Assembly (NCBI GenBank): GCA_024571205.1
Contig: GCA_024571205.1_4523.1
Direction: 5' to 3' (one strand)
DNA from: a phage
Length of the DNA stretch: 64,000 nt
In this document: piece by piece, positions 57,036-64,000 of the stretch
Position numbering within the stretch: position 1 is the stretch's first letter
Layout of the letters: every line of letters starts with the position of its first letter
The notes under the pieces: generated by a model
The model's input: the letters and a program-made list of their open reading frames with translations, nothing else
Told to the model about the DNA's origin: nothing
The model's database searches: none
Program-made: the position numbers and the translations under genes

Positions 57036-57536
57036 ATGAATATGCAATTGATTACTAACGATATGGTTGTGGCAGCATTTGGTGATTCTACAGATGGAAT
57101 CCGGGTCTTTAAGAAAGGACGTCCAGTTGGTTATCTTACTGACCTCCGTGTTACACTGGCCAAAAATCTTAAAAAGAAAGTAAAACAAAAAGAGTATTCC
57201 ACCCGATACGCTGAAGAGAAACGCGAAGCGATGCCAGAAGCAGTTAATGCCATGGTAGAATTTCTTCAAAACAATTTGACTAAATACGACGCTAATGTGT
57301 TCATTAATATTAGTCAACCAAACGTACATATCGCAGGTATAAAATTCTACATCATTTGCGACCCTCTTACCGACAAATTCAACCGTCTCGGAATTTCAAG
57401 CCCGTATCATACAGCAGAAGAGTTGTGTGTATTGTTTGAATCGTACAAAATCCAGTGTGATGGTTTGAAAACCGTTCTTATCAATGGATTATCCCGAGAT
57501 GAAATCATTGAGATTATTAAAACATGCTTAAAGTAA
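57036..57536 (+). CDS. alc: Alc-like protein (inhibitor of transcription from cytosine-containing DNA)
   Basis: 166 aa from ATG 57036 after RBS GAGGAGAA; position between rnlA and pseT as in T4. Call rests mainly on position and size. Confidence 0.6.
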   Translation: MNMQLITNDMVVAAFGDSTDGIRVFKKGRPVGYLTDLRVTLAKNLKKKVKQKEYSTRYAEEKREAMPEAVNAMVEFLQNNLTKYDANVFINISQPNVHIAGIKFYIICDPLTDKFNRLGISSPYHTAEELCVLFESYKIQCDGLKTVLINGLSRDEIIEIIKTCLK

Positions 57537-57880
57537 ATCCGATTTATGCTATAGTAGCAGCTTTTGCTCTAGTTTCTACGGTAACAATAGTGGTCTTAAA
57601 CAACAAAGTTGATTCGTTGAATACTGAATTGGCCTCTGTTAAAGAGGCTGCTAAAAACAATGCTAAAGTATTAGACGACTTCAAAGTTCAATATCAGTCA
57701 ATCGAAGAAATGACTTATAAGAACCGTGTTTTAGTTGACCAACTTAAGGCTGAAAATGAAAAGCTCCGTAAGGATTCGAAGAAGAAGAACGTGGTGGCAA
57801 GTAAACCAGGATTGGTCGAAAAACAAATCAACAGGTCCTTCGATTCCTTTGCAGAAGACCTCAGGAAGCTCTCAGAATGA
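57524..57880 (+). CDS. i-spanin-like protein (N-terminal TM helix plus coiled coil)
   Basis: 118 aa; hydrophobic IYAIVAAFALVSTVTIVVL then heptad-rich region; overlaps the downstream lipoprotein gene. Confidence 0.6.
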   Translation: MLKVNPIYAIVAAFALVSTVTIVVLNNKVDSLNTELASVKEAAKNNAKVLDDFKVQYQSIEEMTYKNRVLVDQLKAENEKLRKDSKKKNVVASKPGLVEKQINRSFDSFAEDLRKLSE

Positions 57881-58167
57881 TTAAATTAACCGCAGTTGTA
57901 TTATCTATTGGCATTTTGGCTGGATGTGCCCAGGATGTGCCCTTAAGCCCTAAAGAAACTTTACATCCGCAATGGCCTGAATCTATTGCTGAATATAACC
58001 AGAAATGGCAAGTAAAGGTTATTGATGGTAATCCATGGGTTGGAATGCCATTTGAAGACTCTCAAGAATTTCGTATCTGGTTAAACGACGTAAAAAGATA
58101 TGTACATGACCAGAAGACTATGTTATGTTATTATCGTAGTGGTTTAAAAGAGGAAAAATGCCAATGA
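57877..58167 (+). CDS. o-spanin-like outer-membrane lipoprotein
   Basis: 96 aa; signal peptide with lipobox LAGC; ATGA overlap with the i-spanin-like gene. Confidence 0.6.
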   Translation: MIKLTAVVLSIGILAGCAQDVPLSPKETLHPQWPESIAEYNQKWQVKVIDGNPWVGMPFEDSQEFRIWLNDVKRYVHDQKTMLCYYRSGLKEEKCQ

Positions 58168-58382
58168 CTAAAGAACAGCATGAATACATTAAAGGGCTTA
58201 TCTATGAATCTGAAATGGCGGCTATGATTTATGGGCGCCAGATTCAACGATTAGAATCTTTGCCTCCGACTAATGACCGCTTGTTAGTTCAGTCTCGTGC
58301 TAATCTGAAAAATGAATACCAAAACAAGTGGGCAGTAGCGACTAAAGCTCTTCATGAGTATATCGAATCTTTAGTAAAATAG
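58158..58382 (+). CDS. hypothetical protein, 74 aa
   Basis: Overlapping ORF in the pseT-upstream array. Confidence 0.5.
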   Translation: MPMTKEQHEYIKGLIYESEMAAMIYGRQIQRLESLPPTNDRLLVQSRANLKNEYQNKWAVATKALHEYIESLVK

Positions 58383-58411
58383 TTTACAAACTCTCAGGAG
58401 CAGAGTATAAT
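58382..58411 (+). promoter_or_regulatory. T4-early-type promoter with inverted repeat
   Basis: GTTTAC 58382, 18-nt spacer, tataat 58406-58411; arms ggagca / tgctcc. Confidence 0.55.
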
Positions 58412-58439
58412 GCTCCTATGGATAATTGAGGAAATCTAA

Positions 58440-58738
58440 ATGAAAATATTACTAGAGAATTACATCAAACGGTCTGATGAGTATATTGATATCTGCCGTG
58501 GAACGTCACTTGACAATTATGACAAAGATGCTGCAAAGGCACTAGATGAAGCAGGTAAAGCTCTTCGTAAAGCGGCTAAAGAAAAAGGGTTGGATTTGCA
58601 ACAACTCAAAAGTCATATGATTAAATTTATTTCTTCAAACGTTAGAAGTACGTCAATTAATAAAAACGTTGCTGAAATTAATAAAGACCGGCGCGAGCAT
58701 AACATTCGTATTCTTGAAACTTTCTTAGGAATAAAATA

Positions 58739-58739
<1 letters not shown>
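58440..58739 (+). CDS. hypothetical protein, 99 aa
   Basis: RBS TGAGGAAAT. Confidence 0.55.
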
Positions 58740-59825
<1,086 letters not shown>

Positions 59826-59826
<1 letters not shown>

Positions 59827-60017
59827 TGAAACGATTATATGAAGTGATTGAGGCCATCGAACAGCATAAAGAATATTTGTTTGTAGCCTGGCCTTTAGTA
59901 AATGGACAGTTCGGTATTGATGTGCTGGACTATGAGCATGAAGAACGTTTGGACGGTGGTATATTTGATAACGTCGACCAGGCAATTGAATGGTTAAATG
60001 AAAACTATGTACGATAA
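59826..60017 (+). CDS. hypothetical protein, 63 aa
   Basis: TAATG overlap with pseT. Confidence 0.45.
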
Positions 60018-60222
60018 ACATCATGAAATCGAAGATGAAGCATACAAAATGCTTCGTAAACTAGTGGGACTTAATATGAGTTCTACATTAATCAACAAGC
60101 TTACCGAAATTCGTAACGACCTGAATACTCGTTACAAAGGCGAATATCATGTAGAGTTTGTTCCTGTAGGCGAACCGACCGAGCAATTTGTTGTTCGAGT
60201 TAAAGTAAATACTGTACACTGA
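59998..60222 (+). CDS. hypothetical protein, 74 aa
   Basis: Overlapping small ORF. Confidence 0.45.
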   Translation: MKTMYDKHHEIEDEAYKMLRKLVGLNMSSTLINKLTEIRNDLNTRYKGEYHVEFVPVGEPTEQFVVRVKVNTVH

Positions 60223-60229
60223 GGTAATT

Positions 60230-60505
60230 ATGTTCCCTAAATATTCTGAAATTGTAAAGGTCGTTTTTAGTCAGATTATCGCAAATCATTTCTTTGATAA
60301 GCTGGATACTGCTACTGAGCTTAAGGTCCACTCTGAACTACTCTACGTTTTGAATACTCTGGTGCCTGACCAAGTGGATTCTGTGTCTGTTACATTGCTG
60401 CCCAGCTCGGCTCATTCGATTGTTGTGTTTGGTCTTGATGCTGAACTAGTAATTCAGTGTGAAGTTGATTTCGATTCACAAGAAATTAAATGTTTTGCAA
60501 TTTAA
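60230..60505 (+). CDS. hypothetical protein, 91 aa
   Basis: RBS GAGGTAATT. Confidence 0.5.
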   Translation: MFPKYSEIVKVVFSQIIANHFFDKLDTATELKVHSELLYVLNTLVPDQVDSVSVTLLPSSAHSIVVFGLDAELVIQCEVDFDSQEIKCFAI

Positions 60506-60535
60506 GTTTACAACATGGTGGAGTTGTGATACTAT
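60506..60535 (+). promoter_or_regulatory. T4-early-type promoter
   Basis: GTTTAC 60506, 18-nt spacer, tactat 60530-60535. Confidence 0.55.
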
Positions 60536-60563
60536 AACTCTACCAACAAATGAGGAAATTGAA

Positions 60564-60800
60564 ATGCTAAGTGAAAATCCAATTACAGTACACGAATTTC
60601 AGATTAAAGTAAAAGAATTTGCTCAAGCACTCATCAATAAAGTGTCTGAACGTTTCCAAGATGCAACATTACGAGTTATTCAAGAATCTCCACGTTCTTT
60701 TCTCATAATCGTTAATCCTAAAGATGGTGACCAAATTACTAATCTTAAATTAGGCAGTGATGGTCTTGTTGAAGCAACTCGAGTATATGGAACACTATAA
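60564..60800 (+). CDS. hypothetical protein, 78 aa
   Basis: Start trimmed to ATG 60564 after RBS TGAGGAAAT (the track start lies inside the promoter). Confidence 0.5.
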   Translation: MLSENPITVHEFQIKVKEFAQALINKVSERFQDATLRVIQESPRSFLIIVNPKDGDQITNLKLGSDGLVEATRVYGTL

Positions 60801-60920
60801 TGAGAGCTATCTCATTACTATCGAGAATGGTCATAAATCTGAGCACTACCAACTTAGCCTGTCTAATCCGGTTAAAGGTATTGTTGAATCAGAATCTGTT
60901 TATATCTCCTAAGGATTGTT

Positions 60921-61913
60921 ATGTTACCTGTTGTCGGAAAACTTATTTCTCCAAAAGAACTGGCTGAGATTATTCCTTTGTCGGAAGCTTACGCATCACA
61001 AGTGGCTTCTCATCGCGAACAAGTTAATTCGATTATGAATGGTGAAGACCCACGCAAACTTATTGTTGTAGGTCCTTGTTCAATTCATGACCCTATTGCT
61101 GCTGTTGAATACGGCAAACGTCTGGCTGAACTTCAAACTCGTCTTCCTAATGTTCTGTTAGTGATGCGCGTTTATTTTGAAAAGCCTCGAACTACCGTAG
61201 GTTGGAAAGGTCTTGTAAATGATCCATATCTTGACGGAAGTTTTGATATGAACCACGGTCTTATAGTTGCACGAACATTGTGTCGTAAACTTCTACGTAT
61301 GGGACTTCCATTAGCAACTGAAGTATTAGACCCATTCACGATTAAGTATCTTTCTGGTATTTTCTCATGGGTTGCTATTGGCGCCCGTACGACTGAAAGT
61401 CAGACACATCGTGAAATTGCTTCAGGTCTACCGATGTGCGTAGGCTTCAAGAACGCAACCAATGGTTCTATTAAAGTAGCTACAGACGCGATGTATAGTG
61501 CCGCCTGGCCTCATCGGTATATTGGTATGGACGTCGATGGTACTGTAGGCATTGTTGAAGCTGAAGGTAATCAGAATACGCATATCGTATTGCGTGGCGG
61601 GACCAACGGCCCGAACTATCATTCTTCTGATATTCAAGAAGCTTCTAACAAAGCAAGGGCAGTAGGTCTGAATCATTATGTAATGGTTGACTGTAGCCAT
61701 GCAAACGCTGAAGGGCATTATAGCAATCAAATTGGTATTGGTAAAAATTTAGCAGCTAATGATTTGGTCAAAGGAATTATGATAGAATCGTTCCTACATG
61801 AAGGAAATCAAAAAATTTCTGATAATATGTCCTATGGCGTTTCCGTTACCGATGCGTGCATCAGTTGGGAACAAACTAAAGAGCTGTTAACTTATATTAA
61901 TAAGGTTCAATAA
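60921..61913 (+). CDS. 3-deoxy-D-arabino-heptulosonate-7-phosphate (DAHP) synthase, class I (AroG/AroF/AroH-like)
   Basis: 330 aa; KLIVVGPCSIHDP, VMRVYFEKPRTTVGWKGLVNDP, GARTTESQTHREIASGL, MIESFLHEGNQ match the recalled E. coli AroG core nearly motif for motif. Confidence 0.85.
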   Translation: MLPVVGKLISPKELAEIIPLSEAYASQVASHREQVNSIMNGEDPRKLIVVGPCSIHDPIAAVEYGKRLAELQTRLPNVLLVMRVYFEKPRTTVGWKGLVNDPYLDGSFDMNHGLIVARTLCRKLLRMGLPLATEVLDPFTIKYLSGIFSWVAIGARTTESQTHREIASGLPMCVGFKNATNGSIKVATDAMYSAAWPHRYIGMDVDGTVGIVEAEGNQNTHIVLRGGTNGPNYHSSDIQEASNKARAVGLNHYVMVDCSHANAEGHYSNQIGIGKNLAANDLVKGIMIESFLHEGNQKISDNMSYGVSVTDACISWEQTKELLTYINKVQ

Positions 61914-62494
61914 TGAAAGCTAGCACATACCTTCAGATTGCATATCTGATTTCTCAAGAATCAAAATGTTGTTCATGGAAAGTTGGTGCCGTCATTGAAA
62001 AAGATGGACGCATTATCTCTACTGGATATAACGGTTCACCTGCAGGTGGCGTTAACTGTTGCGAACATGCATCTGAAAATGGTTGGTTGAAGAATAAACC
62101 AATCCCAGTCATCGTTGCTGGACATAAAGAAGGCACTACAGCATTTGGACGGGTAGATAATTTTGTTTTAGCCAAAGAACATCGAGCTGCTCATAGTGCA
62201 TGGTCTGCTAATAATGAAATCCATGCAGAATTGAATGCAATTTTGTTTGCCGCTCGTAAAGGTAATTCTATTGAAGGTGCTACGTTATATACGACGCTTT
62301 CTCCATGTCCTGATTGTACTAAAGCTATTACGCAGTCAGGTATTAAAAAGGTCGTATACGCAGAATTATACGACCGATCTCCTGAAAATTGGGCAGATAT
62401 TCTAAAACAAGCTGGTATTGAAGTAATTCAGTACTCTCGTAATAATCTTCGTTCTCTGAATTGGGAACAAATCCGAAACTTTTGTGGTGAATAA
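61913..62494 (+). CDS. cd: dCMP deaminase
   Basis: 193 aa; zinc-binding HAELNAI and SPCPDC motifs. Confidence 0.9.
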   Translation: MKASTYLQIAYLISQESKCCSWKVGAVIEKDGRIISTGYNGSPAGGVNCCEHASENGWLKNKPIPVIVAGHKEGTTAFGRVDNFVLAKEHRAAHSAWSANNEIHAELNAILFAARKGNSIEGATLYTTLSPCPDCTKAITQSGIKKVVYAELYDRSPENWADILKQAGIEVIQYSRNNLRSLNWEQIRNFCGE

Positions 62495-62495
62495 T

Positions 62496-62792
62496 ATGAT
62501 TTTAACTGAACAAAAAACTATGGTTCTTCGTGAACGTATTAAAACTATTCTGTCTGTAGGCGTTCATTGTGTTGTATTTGAAAAGGCTAACGGTGATGTA
62601 CGCACTATGTTTGCTTCGCGCGATGAACTTGAAGTCAAATATGAAAATAACAATCCGGCAACAGAAGTTCGTTATGAACCTCGTGAATCAGTTCGAGCAT
62701 TCGATACCAAGTTAGGTCAGTGGCGTTCTTTCCGCCTTGATAAAGTAATTTCGGTTGATGGTACTCCGGTCGAACGTTTGCTTCTTATGTAA
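62496..62792 (+). CDS. hypothetical protein, 98 aa
   Basis: Start trimmed to ATG 62496 (TAATATG junction with cd). Confidence 0.5.
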   Translation: MILTEQKTMVLRERIKTILSVGVHCVVFEKANGDVRTMFASRDELEVKYENNNPATEVRYEPRESVRAFDTKLGQWRSFRLDKVISVDGTPVERLLLM

Positions 62793-62849
62793 TATGCTTT
62801 ACGAATAGTATGGTATTATTAATCTATCGTCAAACAACAAGGAAATAAG

Positions 62850-63182
62850 ATGTCTGAAGTACAACTCCCAATTCGTGCTGTTGGTGAATATGTCATTCTG
62901 GTTTCTGAACCCGCTCAAGCAGGTGATGAAGAAGTTACCGAATCAGGACTTGTGATTGGTAAACGTGTTCAAGGTGAAGTTCCTGAACTATGTGTAGTTC
63001 ATTCTGTAGGTCCTGATGTTCCTGAAGGTTTTGTTGAAGTCGGTGATTTGACTCCACTACCAGTTGGACAAATTCGAAATGTTCCACATCCATTTGTGGC
63101 TTTAGGTCTTAAACAACCTAAAGAAATTAAACAGAAATTCGTAACATGCCACTATAAAGCTATTCCGTGTCTTTATAAGTGA
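62850..63182 (+). CDS. 31: gp31 co-chaperonin (GroES-like)
   Basis: 110 aa; [34 protein letters not shown] nearly identical to recalled T4 gp31. Confidence 0.92.
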   Translation: MSEVQLPIRAVGEYVILVSEPAQAGDEEVTESGLVIGKRVQGEVPELCVVHSVGPDVPEGFVEVGDLTPLPVGQIRNVPHPFVALGLKQPKEIKQKFVTCHYKAIPCLYK

Positions 63183-63306
63183 TATAAATAACTATATGAA
63201 GAGAACACTCTTCTAAGCGGTAGCCTACAACTGAGAGACTTGTCGAAAGAAGGTGAAATTCAGACGAACGTGGCTACTAAATATTATCTCGAATTGAGAA
63301 TTTAAA

Positions 63307-63555
63307 ATGATTAAACAATTACAACACGCTCTTGAACTGCAACGCCATGCATGGAATAATGGTCACGAAAACTACGGCGCGTCAATTGATGTTGAAGCCG
63401 AAGCACTGGAAATCTTACAGTATTTCAAACATCTGAATCCAGCACAGGCCGATCTTCGTGATGTACTGGCTCAGAAAGATGAATTGAAATATGCTAAGCC
63501 TCTGGCTTCAGCAGCTCGTAAAGCAGTTCGTCATTTTGTTATTACCCTGAAGTAA
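63307..63555 (+). CDS. rIII: rIII lysis-inhibition accessory protein
   Basis: 82 aa; MIKQLQHALELQR.AWNNGHENYGASIDVEAEALEIL matches recalled T4 rIII. Confidence 0.85.
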   Translation: MIKQLQHALELQRHAWNNGHENYGASIDVEAEALEILQYFKHLNPAQADLRDVLAQKDELKYAKPLASAARKAVRHFVITLK

Positions 63556-63577
63556 GTTAAATCGAGGAGCCGTCGAA

Positions 63578-63781
63578 TTGTCTGATTATCGATTTGCGAA
63601 TCGGTATGTTTTAGAAGTACCGCCCCGACAATTTTACGGTGTACCTCTTGAATGTTATTCTTATAGCGGCAAGTGCATGCTACCCCGAGGTGATGGCCAA
63701 TCGGGAGTACGCCTCAAGGCCTATATATCCATCAGTATATATCTTATCCTCGAGAAATCGAACCCGGAACCTTTAAGCTAA
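63578..63781 (+). CDS. possible small ORF, 67 aa (weak)
   Basis: ORF without a clear RBS in an otherwise unassigned 370-bp region. Confidence 0.3.
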   Translation: MSDYRFANRYVLEVPPRQFYGVPLECYSYSGKCMLPRGDGQSGVRLKAYISISIYLILEKSNPEPLS

Positions 63782-63925
63782 CGGTGTGCAACAGATAAGA
63801 GCTATAAGGTATGATGACGGGTTTATGGTTATCCTGTCGTTAAATATCCAAAACCTATGTTCCCCATGAGGGCTTGCGCAGGCAATGTCAATAAGTCCTG
63901 CATTTTCATTTAAAGAGAATTTATA

Positions 63926-64000
63926 ATGGCAAAACAAGCTAAAGCAAAGAAAGCAGTTGAAAAGAAAGTTGATGGTACCTCTAAACGCGCTGGATACAAG
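63926..64000 (+). CDS. 5' end of a CDS truncated by the window edge (Lys-rich N-terminus)
   Basis: ATG 63926 with upstream AAAGAGAA; MAKQAKAKKAVEKKVDGTSKRAGYK; runs off the window. Confidence 0.4.
   Translation, partial: MAKQAKAKKAVEKKVDGTSKRAGYK

Overview
This window is a near-contiguous 64 kb stretch of a T-even (T4-like, Tevenvirinae) phage genome. Early and middle genes lie on the + strand, running from the gene-42/uvsX/40/41/61 replication-recombination block through 56, soc, two Mod-type ADP-ribosyltransferases, dda, dexA, a fused topoisomerase gene 39, rIIA/rIIB, ndd, 52, motA and asiA. The late lysis and long-tail-fibre cluster (t, 38, 37, 36, 35, 34) lies on the - strand. The + strand then continues with rnh, dsbA, 33, 59, 32, frd, td, nrdA, nrdB, denA, rnlA, alc, a spanin pair, pseT, cd, 31 and rIII. 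About 25 T4-early-type promoters (GTTTAC, 17-18 nt spacer, TAtAAT-like), five late TATAAATA promoters and a family of UUCG-tetraloop terminators are visible. No tRNA, CRISPR array, intron or homing-endonuclease insertion was found: td and nrdB are uninterrupted and gene 39 is fused, so there is no gene-60 bypass. The most unusual content is non-canonical: (i) a U32-family (O2-independent hydroxylase family) gene beside a ThyA-superfamily dCMP-hydroxymethylase-like gene, followed by an orphan 299-aa ORF and a thymidylate-kinase-like P-loop kinase in the slot where T4 carries beta-glucosyltransferase; (ii) a GT-B glycosyltransferase inserted between gene 39 and rIIA; (iii) a class-I DAHP synthase (AroG-like) between pseT and cd. 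Together these suggest an atypical nucleic-acid modification and precursor-supply system; that link is a hypothesis, not something the sequence proves. All homology calls come from reading the translations and from recalled family motifs; no database search was run.
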